From Acidobacterium sp. (GTDB lineage: Bacteria > Acidobacteriota > Vicinamibacteria > Vicinamibacterales > UBA2999), in the NCBI GenBank assembly GCA_002737365.1, contig NSIL01000003.1, forward strand, positions 19,100-83,099: a stretch of 64,000 bases of DNA, read 5' to 3'. Below are positions 1 to 14,617 of this stretch, in pieces. Below the pieces are notes generated by a model. It searched no databases and had not been told where the DNA came from. It saw nothing but the letters and a program-made list of their open reading frames with translations. The stretch's first letter is position 1. Each line of letters opens with the position of its first letter. The position numbers and the translations under genes are program-made.

Positions 1-674
1 GCCTCCAGGTTGGCGCGGTCATCGGTTGGGTCGTAGGGATACGGCTGGTACGGGCTGCTCGTCCACTCCCACACGTTGCCGCTCATGTCGGCCAAGCCGT
101 ACGGGCACTCGGGGCACGAGTACTGCCCCACCGGCGTGGTGCCGGTGCCCTCGAAGTTGCTGCGGTCTTTTCGCGGCTGGTCGCCCCACGGATAGGCGCG
201 GCGGTCGCCGCCACGCGCCGCTTTTTCCCACTGCGCTTCGGTCGGCAATGTCACGCGCCATCCCGCGCGCACGAGGTCCCCGGTCAGACCGGGGGCTTTC
301 GCGAGCACGCTCTCGAGCCACCGGCCATACGCCACCGTATTGGGCCACGTCACGAACGTCACGGGATGCGTGGGTTGACCGGCCAGCGGGTTGGGATCCG
401 TCGGCGCCTTGGTGGCACGAACGAAGGCGGCGTACTGCGCCACGGTCACTTCGTGCCGAGCGAGGTAGAACGCCGGAAGTTCAACGGTGCCTTCGCTGGC
501 AGACCGAGACCACTTCTCGTTGTCGAAGGCTCGTGGATCGACGGCGGGATCGGCGCCCATGGTGAACGGGCCCGCGGGGATCTCGACGAAGTCTGGCAGC
601 GGAGCGTTGTCCTGGCGTGCTTCGAGCCCCAGGCCAACCGTCGCGGCAAGCGCGAGAATCGCGAGAACCTTCAT
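1..674 (-). CDS. Exported formylglycine-generating-enzyme fold (FGE/SUMF1, DUF323) protein; 3' end runs off the window
   Basis: Own translation of the minus frame opened by ATG 674-672; it is absent from the ORF track because no stop lies in the window. MKVLAILALAATVGLG signal-like N-terminus. Then FYLARHEVTVAQYAAFV, RVTLPTEAQWEKAARGGDRRAYPWGD and GLADMSGNVWEWT, the hallmark FGE-sulfatase-fold motifs. Confidence 0.8.
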   Translation of the reverse strand, partial: MKVLAILALAATVGLGLEARQDNAPLPDFVEIPAGPFTMGADPAVDPRAFDNEKWSRSASEGTVELPAFYLARHEVTVAQYAAFVRATKAPTDPNPLAGQPTHPVTFVTWPNTVAYGRWLESVLAKAPGLTGDLVRAGWRVTLPTEAQWEKAARGGDRRAYPWGDQPRKDRSNFEGTGTTPVGQYSCPECPYGLADMSGNVWEWTSSPYQPYPYDPTDDRANLE

Positions 675-2278
675 CGCGAGGTCGCCGCGCTGCAGGCAAA
701 CTCCCAGCCATGCTGGCAGGCACGCGCGTACAACTCAGGCTCCGCCATCGTCATCAGGTTCGGTCCGCCCTCGCGCGCCAACAGGCGCAGATCGAAGGCG
801 CGCGGATTAGCGCGCGCGGGTGGCGACGAATCGAGCAGGTTGACGCAGCCGGCCTGGACGCGCGCCTCGCACGCGCGTGAGAAGTACGCAAACGCGCGCT
901 CCGGGTCACTGGCCACCAACTTGCCTTCGGTGTAGTGGCGGCCAAGCTCGTTGCAGGCCCATCCGGCGTTGTCGCCGCAGTACGACGCTTCAATGCGCAA
1001 CAGTCGCGCGCAGGCTTGCGGCTTGTCGGCGGCACACGCCTGCTCCCAAAACGGCAGCGAGTCGCCCTTGTGCCTGCCGTCGGCGGCACCGACGCTCGTC
1101 ATCACGCCGAAGATCAACACCCACACGCCCATGTGCGCCAGGTTGGCGCGGCCGAGCGGCAGGTCGAGACCAAGCGTGTGCAGCAGCGGCTTGTCGCCCA
1201 TGGCGCGCACAGCGCGGTCAATCGACGGGACGGCCAGGTTCAGCAGGGGTACGCACAGCAGCTTGTCGTAGAAGGTCGGCAGGCCGAAGGCACCGAGCAG
1301 CGCATACAACCCGAAGACACCCACGCCGTAGAGGACGCCGAAGATCGCCCGCCCAAGCGGCGTGCGCGGCGAGGTCGACGGGTCGGTCACCAGCAGGTGC
1401 AGGCCGAGAAACACCGCCGACGGGATGTCGGAGTCGACAAAGTACGGCACGCCGGTGATGGCGGTGTAGAGCATGCTGCCGCCGAACAGCGTGAGTGCCG
1501 CCATCGCGGTCACCGGCGTGATCGAGAAGAAGTACATGACCACGAGTCCGACCAGGAACAGCACCTTGTAGATATGCGGGCCGAGACTGAAGGTGGTGGC
1601 GATCTCCTGGCCCCAGGTCAGGCTGGTCGTGCCGGTGGTGAGCAACACCACCGAGAAGATGGCAAGCGAGAACGCCGACGGATTGAAGATATGGACGCGC
1701 TCACCATCGCGTTCCCATCGCACGAAGGCCTTGCCGGCAAACCCGAGCGCGACCAGCAGGAACTGGAAGGCGAACCAGTCGTCCACCAACCACAGGAACA
1801 GGTTGGTGCTGAAGATGATCGGGAACGGCCCCAGGCCAAGCCCGTAGCTTTGGCGCCGCGACCACGACAACAGCATGTCGAACGCGTAGGCGAACAAGAT
1901 CTGGCCGACGAGCAGCGGCGCATAGTCGTAAACCGGGCGCCAGTAGTAGCCCCAGAAGGCGTACACGGTCAGGTGACAGCAGGCCTGGATGTAGTGCTGC
2001 GGACGCGGCGGCGCCAGGTGGATCGACGGCGCGCCGTTCTTGATCGCGGCGACGGCGATCAGGGCCAGCCAGGCCAGCAGCACCGCACCGGCGCTCCAGA
2101 ACGACCACAGCAGCGCATCGCTTCTCTGCAGCCGCGGCAACAGGGTGAGCGCCAGCAGGCTGGCCGTAAAGGCCAGCGGCAGCGCCAGTATGACGAGCGG
2201 TGCCGGCTGGGCATCGAACGATCGTTCAGGGCGGTGGGGAGTTTCCGCGCGCCGGTCCCGGCGCTTTGTGGTCGACAT
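671..2278 (-). CDS. Polytopic membrane protein with C-terminal Cys-paired Sel1/Hcp-like repeats
   Basis: ORF 671..2362, start moved to ATG 2278 (MSTTKRRDRR, basic n-region before the first helix). Roughly ten hydrophobic helices, then ACNELGRHYTEGKLVASDPERAFAYFSRACEARVQAGC-type repeats. Stop TGA 671-673 overlaps ATG 672-674 of the downstream FGE-like gene. Confidence 0.75.
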   Translation of the reverse strand: MSTTKRRDRRAETPHRPERSFDAQPAPLVILALPLAFTASLLALTLLPRLQRSDALLWSFWSAGAVLLAWLALIAVAAIKNGAPSIHLAPPRPQHYIQACCHLTVYAFWGYYWRPVYDYAPLLVGQILFAYAFDMLLSWSRRQSYGLGLGPFPIIFSTNLFLWLVDDWFAFQFLLVALGFAGKAFVRWERDGERVHIFNPSAFSLAIFSVVLLTTGTTSLTWGQEIATTFSLGPHIYKVLFLVGLVVMYFFSITPVTAMAALTLFGGSMLYTAITGVPYFVDSDIPSAVFLGLHLLVTDPSTSPRTPLGRAIFGVLYGVGVFGLYALLGAFGLPTFYDKLLCVPLLNLAVPSIDRAVRAMGDKPLLHTLGLDLPLGRANLAHMGVWVLIFGVMTSVGAADGRHKGDSLPFWEQACAADKPQACARLLRIEASYCGDNAGWACNELGRHYTEGKLVASDPERAFAYFSRACEARVQAGCVNLLDSSPPARANPRAFDLRLLAREGGPNLMTMAEPELYARACQHGWEFACSAATSR

Positions 2279-2402
2279 GGGTGTTCTGGGGTGCGCCTTC
2301 AATTTGTACACCACGGTTGATGCCACCGCAAATAGTTGACAGCAACCGGCCGTCCGGCACACTCTTGGGCACTGTAGGTAGAGTCAACTAGCCGAGGTGC
2401 CG

Positions 2403-4484
2403 ATGAAAACGGGAATTTTTGGAGACTGGACGCGTCACACGTGGTTTGGCGGGTTCGCGATCGTAATCGCGGTGGCCCTTTCCGGGCTCGCGGGTGACGC
2501 CCAGAACAAGGCGGATTGGCCGAACATCACGGGAGGCGACAATTCGACGCGCTACTCCCCGCTCGACCAGATCAATGCCTCGAACTTCAATACGCTGAAG
2601 ATGGCGTGGGAATGGGGCGCGGCCGATGCCCCCGGCGTCGACATCGGCGACATCAACGGCCGCTCGCTGCCGATCTACGTCGACGGCATGCTGCTGACGA
2701 CCTCGGGCCCGCGCCGCACGGTGGTGTCGCTCGACCCGGCCACCGGCAAGACGCTGTGGACGTTTCAGGAACCCGAGACACCGCGTCACGCGTACTCGAT
2801 GCGCTCGAACCATGGTAAGGGCGTGGCCTACGGCCGCGTCAACGGCCGTGGCGTGGTGTATGTCACGACCCCGGGCTTCTTCCTGCACGCGCTCGACGCC
2901 AAGACCGGTCAACCGCTCGAGGGCTTTGGCGGCGCGGTGCCCGTCCGCGGCTTTCCGAAGACCGGCTCGGTCGACATGCTGAAAGACCTGATCGCGGATT
3001 GGGATCCCTGGAAGAACGCCAAGCTGCCCTATGACGCCGCGCAGGGCCTGCCCCTGTCGCTCGGCTACGTCACCACCTCGTCGCCGCCGATCGTCGTCAA
3101 CGACGTGCTGATCGTCGGCAACTCGGCGGAACAGGGTTACAACCAGACGCGCGTCGAGAACGTGCCCGGTGACATCCTGGCCTACGACGCGAAGACCGGT
3201 AAGCATCTTTGGAAGTTCCACGTCATTCCGCGGCCGGGCGAATTCGGCCACGACACGTGGGAGAACGATGCGTGGAAGTGGACCGGCGACGTCTCGTCGT
3301 GGGCGCCGATGTCGGCGGACCCGGCGCGCGGCCTCGTCTACATCCCGACCAACGGCGCCACGGTTGACTACTTCGGCGGCTTCCGCCCTGGCGACAACCT
3401 GTTCGGCACCAGCGTGATTGCGCTCGATGTGAAGACCGGCAAACGAGTGTGGCACCACCAGTTGGTGAAACACGACATCTGGAATTACGACACGCCGACC
3501 GCGCCAATCCTGATGGACGTCACCGTTGACGGCAAGCGTATCCCCGGCTTGTTCCAGATCACCAAGCAGTCGTGGGTATATTCCTACGACCGCACGACCG
3601 GCAAGCCCATCTGGCCCATGGTCGATCGGCCGGCGCCGCAGTCGCTGGTGCCGACTGAGAAACTGCCGGCCACGCAGTCACATGTCACGAAGCCGGCGCC
3701 GTACGACCTGCAGGGACGCACCGAAGCGCACGTGATCGACTACACGCCTGAGATCAAGCGCCTGGCGCTCGCTCGGGCTAAAGAGCGCGACCTGCTGGCT
3801 CCGCTGTTCGCCGCACCAACGCATCGCGGCAACAAAGAGGGCAAGGGCCCGGCGAACATCTGCCCCGGCGGCGGTGGCGGCGCCAACATCACCGGTCCGC
3901 CCGCGGCGGATCCGCAGAGTGGCATCATCTTCGTCGCGTCCACGAGCGGCTGCTCGCCGACGTTGCTGGCGGACGCAAAAGAGAAGGACAACGACAAGAT
4001 GACCGGCACGACGCTGTCCATGTTCGCAGTCGCCCGCGGCGAAGGGGCGCCACCCGCCAAGCCGGATCCGAACGATCCGCTGAACGGCTTCCCGGACATC
4101 TTCAAAGGTCCGCTCGGCCGCATCACGGCCATCGACATGAACACCGGCGAGCACCTGTGGATGATTCCGCACGGTGACACAGCGCAGGCGGCGCAGGATG
4201 CGTTCAAGAACAACGCGCTGATGAAGGGCGTGACCGCCGACACCAACTGGGGCCGCCGTGGCACCGCGGCGCTCGCGGCCACGTCAACGCTGCTGCTGTC
4301 GGCCGGTCAGACCGCCGACAACCGGCCGCACCTGTTCGCCATCGACAAGAAGACCGGCAAGCGCGTGGGCGCGGTGCCGACCCGCGTGCTCGGCCAGTAC
4401 GGCCTGATGACCTACCTGCATCAGGGCAAGCAGTACATCGTGCTGCCGCGTAACGGCGGCTACACGACCATGGCGCTGCCGTAG
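2403..4484 (+). CDS. PQQ-dependent dehydrogenase (8-bladed quinoprotein propeller), N-terminal membrane anchor/signal, no heme domain
   Basis: ORF 2397..4484; ATG 2403 preferred because GAGG lies 5 nt upstream. [28 protein letters not shown] quinoprotein N-terminal signature, repeated Trp-docking blades, [12 protein letters not shown] active-site region. No CxxCH. Confidence 0.85.
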   Translation: MKTGIFGDWTRHTWFGGFAIVIAVALSGLAGDAQNKADWPNITGGDNSTRYSPLDQINASNFNTLKMAWEWGAADAPGVDIGDINGRSLPIYVDGMLLTTSGPRRTVVSLDPATGKTLWTFQEPETPRHAYSMRSNHGKGVAYGRVNGRGVVYVTTPGFFLHALDAKTGQPLEGFGGAVPVRGFPKTGSVDMLKDLIADWDPWKNAKLPYDAAQGLPLSLGYVTTSSPPIVVNDVLIVGNSAEQGYNQTRVENVPGDILAYDAKTGKHLWKFHVIPRPGEFGHDTWENDAWKWTGDVSSWAPMSADPARGLVYIPTNGATVDYFGGFRPGDNLFGTSVIALDVKTGKRVWHHQLVKHDIWNYDTPTAPILMDVTVDGKRIPGLFQITKQSWVYSYDRTTGKPIWPMVDRPAPQSLVPTEKLPATQSHVTKPAPYDLQGRTEAHVIDYTPEIKRLALARAKERDLLAPLFAAPTHRGNKEGKGPANICPGGGGGANITGPPAADPQSGIIFVASTSGCSPTLLADAKEKDNDKMTGTTLSMFAVARGEGAPPAKPDPNDPLNGFPDIFKGPLGRITAIDMNTGEHLWMIPHGDTAQAAQDAFKNNALMKGVTADTNWGRRGTAALAATSTLLLSAGQTADNRPHLFAIDKKTGKRVGAVPTRVLGQYGLMTYLHQGKQYIVLPRNGGYTTMALP

Positions 4485-4504
4485 TCTTCAGCGAACGAGG
4501 ACAA

Positions 4505-4540
4505 GGGCCGGGCACAGCAATGTGTCCGGCCCTTTGTTTT
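4505..4540. terminator. Rho-independent-type hairpin between convergent genes
   Basis: GGGCCGGGCACA-gcaa-TGTGTCCGGCCC (12-bp stem with one G-U pair) followed by TTTGTTTT. It lies between the stop at 4484 (+) and the stop at 4565 (-). Confidence 0.6.
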
Positions 4541-4564
4541 GTACCGCCGGGATCCGGGGTCCGG

Positions 4565-5987
4565 TTACGACGGCTGGTTGGCCAGGTAGGTATCTATCGC
4601 CGCTGCCGCCCGGCGGCCGTCATCAATCGCCCAGACAATTAGCGACTGTCCGCGCTGCATGTCGCCGGCGGTGAAGACACCGGGGACGTTGGTCATCCAC
4701 TGATCATCGCGTCCGACCGTGCCGCGGTCGTTCATGCGGACATCCAGGTCGGCGAGCAGGCGGCTTTTCTCGGGTCCGACGAAGCCCATCGCCAGCAGCA
4801 CCAGATCAGCCTTCATCTCGAACCCGCTGTTGGGTAACGGCTCGAACGACGCTCGGCCGTTCGTGACCACGCGGCTGACCTGGTGGCCGTGCAGCGTGCG
4901 AACGTGACCATTCGCATCACCGGAGAGCTCGGTCGTGGCCACCGCATAGACACGGTCGCCACCCTCTTCGTGAGCCGATGAAGTGCGGAAGATATTGGGC
5001 CACAGCGGCCACGGGTTGTCTTTGGCGCGCAGGCTCGGCGGCGTCGGCATCAGCTCGAGCTGGCTTACCGACAACGCGCCCTGGCGATGGACGGTGCCGA
5101 GACAGTCGGCGCCGGTGTCGCCACCGCCGATGATGACGACGTGCTTGCCGGCAGCGGTGATGGGTTCCATCAGGTTGGCGTCGTCACCCTGGCAACGCTG
5201 GTTCTGCTGCGTCAGGAACTCCATGGCGAAGTAAACGCCCTTCAACTCGCGGCCCGGGACGGTGAGGTCGCGCGGATTGCCGGCGCCGCCGGCGAGCAGG
5301 ATGGCGTCGAAGTCGCGGCGCAGGTCCTCGGCGGTCACGTCTTCGCCAACGTTCATGCCCGGGCGGAACACGACGCCTTCAGCCCGCATCAAGTCGAGGC
5401 GGCGATCGAGCACCCGCTTCTCCATCTTGAACTCGGGAATGCCATACCGCAGCAGGCCGCCGGCGCGGCCGGACTTCTCGAACACGGTCACGGTATGGCC
5501 GGCGCGATTGAGCTGCGCCGCCGCGGCCAGGCCCGACGGCCCGGAGCCGATCACCGCCACCTTCTTCCAGGTGCGGGTCACCGGCGGCTCGGGAACGATC
5601 CATCCCTCCTCGAACGCGCGATCGACAATCGACAGCTCGAGTGACTTGATGGTGACCGGATCCTGGTTGATGCCGAGTACGCACGAGCCTTCGCACGGCG
5701 CCGGGCACAGCAGGCCGGTAAACTCCGGGAAGTTGTTGGTCTGGTGCAGGCGCTCGATGGCCGCGCGCCAGTTGTTGTTGTAGACCAGGTCGTTCCAGTC
5801 AGGGATGAGATTGCCGAGCGGGCAGCCCTGGTGACAGAACGGAATGCCACAGTCCATGCAGCGCGCCGCCTGGCGCGTCAGGTCCTCAATGGGATAAGCC
5901 TGGTAGACGTGGCGATAGTCGCCAATCCGCTCGGTGACCGGGCGTGACGGTGGCTTGCTGCGCGAGAACTCGATGAAGCCGGTAGCC

Positions 5988-5995
<8 letters not shown>
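4565..5995 (-). CDS. gltD: Glutamate synthase (NADPH) small subunit
   Basis: [13 protein letters not shown]-terminus, Fe-S Cys clusters [30 protein letters not shown], and [10 protein letters not shown] dinucleotide fold. Start overlaps the gltB stop by 8 bp. Confidence 0.95.
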
Positions 5996-10598
<4,603 letters not shown>

Positions 10599-10623
10599 GG
10601 CGTTCTCTCCAAGCTGAGACGCT

Positions 10624-10652
10624 ATTAGAGAGAATCGGCATGCATAACAAAA
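10624..10652 (-). promoter_or_regulatory. Candidate sigma70-type promoter for gltBD in an AT-rich spacer
   Basis: On the minus strand a TCTAAT -10-like hexamer (10629-10624) sits about 13 nt upstream of the GGAGAG RBS. A weak TTTTGT/TTGTTA -35-like element lies 17 nt further up. The 105-bp spacer 10599..10703 is conspicuously AT-rich for this genome. Confidence 0.25.
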
Positions 10653-10703
10653 GCGCAATCTTTTTATCTTTAGAATGCGATAAAGAGATGGATGGCAATG
10701 GCC

Positions 10704-11063
10704 TCACTCGACCGGCGGAACGGGCGTCACTGCATCCTGGTCGGACTCGCCGGTCCGGATGCGGTAGATCTTCTCAATCGGCAGCACCATGATCTTGCCA
10801 TCGCCGACCTCTCCGGTGCGGGCGGCGCTGAGGATGATGTCGACCGTCGGCTGCACGAAGTGGTTCGAGACGCCGATCTCAATTCGCACCTTCTCGGCCA
10901 GCGCCATCTTGACGCTGGTGCCGCGGTAGTTCTCAACGTGTTCGATCTCACCGCCGTGCCCCTGCACGCGGCTGATGGTCAGGCCGCGGACGTCGGCATG
11001 GAACAGCGCCTCGAGCACGTCGCTCAGCTTCTCGGGACGGACAATGGCGACAATCAGCTTCAC
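10704..11063 (-). CDS. glnK: PII nitrogen regulatory protein (GlnK-type, linked to amtB)
   Basis: 119 aa. Gap-free match to canonical PII (MKLIVAIVRPEKL.., T-loop Y46-R47-G48, K58, TGEVGDGKI). 4-bp overlap with amtB. Confidence 0.9.
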   Translation of the reverse strand: MKLIVAIVRPEKLSDVLEALFHADVRGLTISRVQGHGGEIEHVENYRGTSVKMALAEKVRIEIGVSNHFVQPTVDIILSAARTGEVGDGKIMVLPIEKIYRIRTGESDQDAVTPVPPVE

Positions 11064-12349
11064 AACTGGCCTCCGTCCTGGACCGCGACCACGTCGACCG
11101 CGGCGTGGGCGATGGCCGATTGCTTCGGCTTTACGAGAATCGCGCCGTCACCGTGCGTGTACGCCTCTTCGCCGTGATCGGTGACGTCGAGGCCCAGGCC
11201 CTCGTGCCGGTCGCCAATCCGCAGCGGCATCACCAGCGACAGGACCTTCAGCAGGACGAACGTCATGCCGCCACTGTATGCCAGCACGATGACCACGCTG
11301 GCCATCTGCGTCAGCACCTGGCCGGGATGGCCGCCGACCAGGCCATTCGCGCCGCCGCTCCACGCCGCCGACGCGAACACGCCGGTCAGGATTGCGCCGG
11401 TGGCGCCACCCAGGCCGTGCGCCGCCACCACGTCGAGCGAATCATCCAGCTTGGTCTTGGCACGATAGATCAGGGCGAAGTAGCTGGGGAAGGCACCAAT
11501 GGCGCCCATGGCGATGGCCGAGGCGGGGCTGATGTAGCCCGCGGCCGGCGTCACCACCACCAGCCCGACGACAATCGCCGTGGCAGCGCCGACGGCGGTG
11601 ACCGGGCCGCCGCGCATGAGGTCGATGAGCGTCCAGGTGGCGAGTGTCGCGGCCGGCGCCAGCAGCGTGTTCGCAAACGCCAGCGCCGCGGTCGTCCCGG
11701 CCGACAAGGCGCTACCGGCATTGAAGCCGAACCAGCCGAACCACAGCAACCCGGCGCCGAGCATGGCGAAGGGCACGTTGTGCGGCAGGATGGCGTGACG
11801 GCCGTAGTCCTTGCGCGGCCCGACGACCAGTGCGGCCACGAGCGCGGCCGAGGCCGCGTTCACGTGAACGACGGCGCCACCGGCGAAATCAAGCGCACCC
11901 ATCGACGCTAGGAAGCCGCCACCCCACACCCAATGGGCCACTGGCGCATAGACAACGAGCACCCACAGCGTGATGAAGGCGAGATAGGCATTGAACCGCA
12001 TGCGCTCGACCACCGCGCCCGAGATCAGCGCCGGAGTGATGATGGCGAAGGTGCCCTGGAAGCACATGAACAGCAGGTGGGGAATGGCACCCTGCGCCTC
12101 GAGGCCGACGCCGCGCAGGCCGGCGTAGTTCAGCGAGCCGACGACGGCGTTGCCGGGCGCGAAAGCCAGCGAATAACCCAGCAGCGCCCAGACCACGGCG
12201 ACCGGGCCCAGTGCGACGAAGCTCATCATCATGGTGTTGAGGGCGTTCTTCGACCGCACCAACCCGCCGTAGAAGAAGGCCAGCGCCGGCGTCATCAGCA
12301 GCACCAGCGCCGTGGACACGAGCATCCACGCGATGTCGGCGTTGTTCAT
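11060..12349 (-). CDS. amtB: Ammonium transporter
   Basis: MNNADIAWMLVSTALVLLMTPALAFFYGGLVR, DFAGGAVVH and FGWFGFNAGS Amt/MEP signatures; 11-12 TM helices. Confidence 0.95.
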   Translation of the reverse strand: MNNADIAWMLVSTALVLLMTPALAFFYGGLVRSKNALNTMMMSFVALGPVAVVWALLGYSLAFAPGNAVVGSLNYAGLRGVGLEAQGAIPHLLFMCFQGTFAIITPALISGAVVERMRFNAYLAFITLWVLVVYAPVAHWVWGGGFLASMGALDFAGGAVVHVNAASAALVAALVVGPRKDYGRHAILPHNVPFAMLGAGLLWFGWFGFNAGSALSAGTTAALAFANTLLAPAATLATWTLIDLMRGGPVTAVGAATAIVVGLVVVTPAAGYISPASAIAMGAIGAFPSYFALIYRAKTKLDDSLDVVAAHGLGGATGAILTGVFASAAWSGGANGLVGGHPGQVLTQMASVVIVLAYSGGMTFVLLKVLSLVMPLRIGDRHEGLGLDVTDHGEEAYTHGDGAILVKPKQSAIAHAAVDVVAVQDGGQL

Positions 12350-12369
12350 GACGATATTGAATAGGTAGT

Positions 12370-12386
12370 GGCTATCTCATGTCCAA
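12370..12386 (-). promoter_or_regulatory. Weak sigma54-like -24/-12 element upstream of amtB
   Basis: Minus strand reads TTGGACATGAGATAGCC. GG and GC have the canonical spacing of TGGCAC-N5-TTGC, but several flanking mismatches are present. It sits only about 20 nt from the ATG. Confidence 0.2.
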
Positions 12387-12458
12387 TACGAGAAAGTTGT
12401 CGAACCCATGCCGCAGCTCGGCCCACTGACCCGGCTTCGTGGAATGATGAGAGAACAC

Positions 12459-13649
12459 ATGGCTACCAAGACCAAGACCCGTTTCGACTGGAGCGACCCG
12501 TTCCTCCTTGATCAGCAACTGACCAGCGAAGAGCGGATGATTCGCGACAGCGCCAGGGCGTACTGCAAAGATAAGCTGGCGCCTCGCGTGCTCGAGATGT
12601 TCCGCAAGGAACAGGCCGACCCGAGCATCTTCCGCGAGTTGGGCGCGCTCGACATGCTGGGCATCGTCATTCCCGAAGAGTACGGCGGTGCGGGGCTGGG
12701 CTACGTCGCGTATGGCCTGGTCGCGCGCGAACTTGAGCGCATCGACTCGGGCTTCCGCTCGATGATGAGCGTGCAGGGCTCGCTGGTGATGGTGCCGATC
12801 AACGAATTCGGCACCGAAGCGCAGAAGAAGAAGTTCCTGCCGAAGCTCGCGACCGGCGAGTTCATTGGTTGCTTCGGCTTGACCGAGCCCAACGCCGGCT
12901 CCGACCCCGGCAGCATGACGACGCGCGCGGTAAAAGTGGATGGCGGCTACCAGCTGACGGGCACAAAGTCGTGGATCAGCAATAGCCCGATCGCCGACGT
13001 CTTCATCATCTGGGCCAAGGACGATGAGGACGAGATTCGCGGCTTTGTGCTGGAGAAGGGCATGAAGGGGCTGACGGCGCCACCCATTCACGGCAAGGTC
13101 GGCCTGCGCACGAGCATCACGGGTGAAATCGTGATGGACAACGTGTTCTGTCCAGAAGAGAACGCGTTTCCGGATGTGAAGGGCCTGAAGGGGCCGTTTA
13201 CGTGCCTGAACAGCGCGCGCTACGGCATTTCGTGGGGCGCGCTCGGCGCCGCCGAGGATTGCTGGCTGCGCTCACGCGACTACGTGCTCGAGCGCAAGCA
13301 GTTCGGCCGGCCGCTCGCGGCCAATCAGTTGATCCAGAAGAAGCTGGCCGACATGCAGACCGAGATCGCACTCGGCCTGCAGGGCTGCCTGCGGCTGGGC
13401 CGCATGAAGGAAGAAGGCACGGCGGCGGTCGAGATTACCTCACTGCTCAAGCGCAACTCGGCCGGTAAGGCGCTGGACATTGCCCGCATGGCGCGCGACA
13501 TGATGGGCGGCAATGGCATCACCGACGAGTTTGCGGTGATCCGCCACCTGCTCAACCTGGAAGTCGTGAACACCTACGAGGGCACGCACGACATTCATGC
13601 GCTGATCCTGGGGCGGGCGCAGACAGGCATTCCGGCGTTCGCGAATTGA
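12459..13649 (+). CDS. gcdH: Glutaryl-CoA dehydrogenase
   Basis: [45 protein letters not shown] and [24 protein letters not shown] match GCDH almost end to end. ATG 12459 preferred over the track start at 12408. Confidence 0.9.
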   Translation: MATKTKTRFDWSDPFLLDQQLTSEERMIRDSARAYCKDKLAPRVLEMFRKEQADPSIFRELGALDMLGIVIPEEYGGAGLGYVAYGLVARELERIDSGFRSMMSVQGSLVMVPINEFGTEAQKKKFLPKLATGEFIGCFGLTEPNAGSDPGSMTTRAVKVDGGYQLTGTKSWISNSPIADVFIIWAKDDEDEIRGFVLEKGMKGLTAPPIHGKVGLRTSITGEIVMDNVFCPEENAFPDVKGLKGPFTCLNSARYGISWGALGAAEDCWLRSRDYVLERKQFGRPLAANQLIQKKLADMQTEIALGLQGCLRLGRMKEEGTAAVEITSLLKRNSAGKALDIARMARDMMGGNGITDEFAVIRHLLNLEVVNTYEGTHDIHALILGRAQTGIPAFAN

Positions 13650-14617
13650 CCGTTCCCCTCTCGGTCCTCGACCTCTGCCCCATCGTTGCGGGCGGCACGG
13701 CCGCGGATGCCTTTGGCAACACCGTCGATCTGGCGCAGCATGCCGAGCAATGGGGGTACCAGCGCTTCTGGCTGGCTGAGCATCACAACATGCCCGGCAT
13801 CGCCAGTGCCGCGACGGCGGTGCTGATCGGGCAGGTGGGCGCCGGCACGAAGACCATCCGCATTGGCGCCGGCGGCATCATGCTGCCCAACCACGCGCCG
13901 CTGCAGGTGGCCGAGCAGTTCGGCACGCTGGCGTCGTTGTTTCCGGGTCGAGTTGATCTTGGATTGGGTCGCGCACCGGGCACCGATCGCGCGGCGGCCT
14001 ACGCCCTGCGGCGCACGCTCAACACCAATCCCGAAGCGTTCCCGCAGGACGTCATGGAGGTGATGGACTTTTTCCGTACGCCGCAGCCAGGTCAGGCAGT
14101 GCGCGCGGTTCCTGGTGGTGGGTTGTCGGTGCCGATTTGGATCCTCGGCTCGAGCACCTTCGGCGCGCAGGTCGCCGCGGCGCTGGGCCTGCCCTTCGCG
14201 TTTGCATCGCACTTTGCGCCGGCGATGCTGGACGAGGCCAGCGCGATCTACCGCGAACGGTTCACGCCGTCGGAACATCTCCAGCAGCCGTACCTGATGC
14301 TCGGCGTCAACGTGGTGGCGGCTGAGACGGACGACGAGGCACGCTTTCTCGCGTCATCCGGACGGCAGTCGTTTGCCAGCTTGCGAGCGGGCCGGCCCAT
14401 TCAACTGCCGCCACCGTCGAAGGAATGGGAGCGCGATCCAAACGAGACACCTGGCGTCACGCCACCGACGCGCGTGTCGTTTGTCGGATCACCGGCGACG
14501 GTGCGCGGGCAGATGGCGGCGTTCATCGACCGGACGAAGGCCGACGAGCTGATCATCGTGTCGCACGTCTACGATCACGCGGCGAGGCTGCATTCGTACG
14601 ACATCGCAAGAAATTAG
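13646..14617 (+). CDS. LLM-class (luciferase-like) flavin-dependent oxidoreductase, YhbW-like
   Basis: LSVLDLCPI..., [60 protein letters not shown] start overlaps the gcdH stop (TTGA). Confidence 0.85.
   Translation: MTVPLSVLDLCPIVAGGTAADAFGNTVDLAQHAEQWGYQRFWLAEHHNMPGIASAATAVLIGQVGAGTKTIRIGAGGIMLPNHAPLQVAEQFGTLASLFPGRVDLGLGRAPGTDRAAAYALRRTLNTNPEAFPQDVMEVMDFFRTPQPGQAVRAVPGGGLSVPIWILGSSTFGAQVAAALGLPFAFASHFAPAMLDEASAIYRERFTPSEHLQQPYLMLGVNVVAAETDDEARFLASSGRQSFASLRAGRPIQLPPPSKEWERDPNETPGVTPPTRVSFVGSPATVRGQMAAFIDRTKADELIIVSHVYDHAARLHSYDIARN

Noticed and set aside
2355-2370. Possible sigma54 promoter (CGGCAC-N..-TGGGCA) upstream of the first PQQ dehydrogenase
   Set aside because: The GG/GC spacing is off by one relative to TGGCAC-N5-TTGC, and the -12 element is poor. 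Not reportable.
10599-10703. Riboswitch or leader structure (for example glutamine-type) in the AT-rich region upstream of gltB
   Set aside because: The region is only 105 bp, and I find no conserved stem architecture beyond a weak AT-rich stem. It is better explained as a promoter plus a short 5'-UTR.
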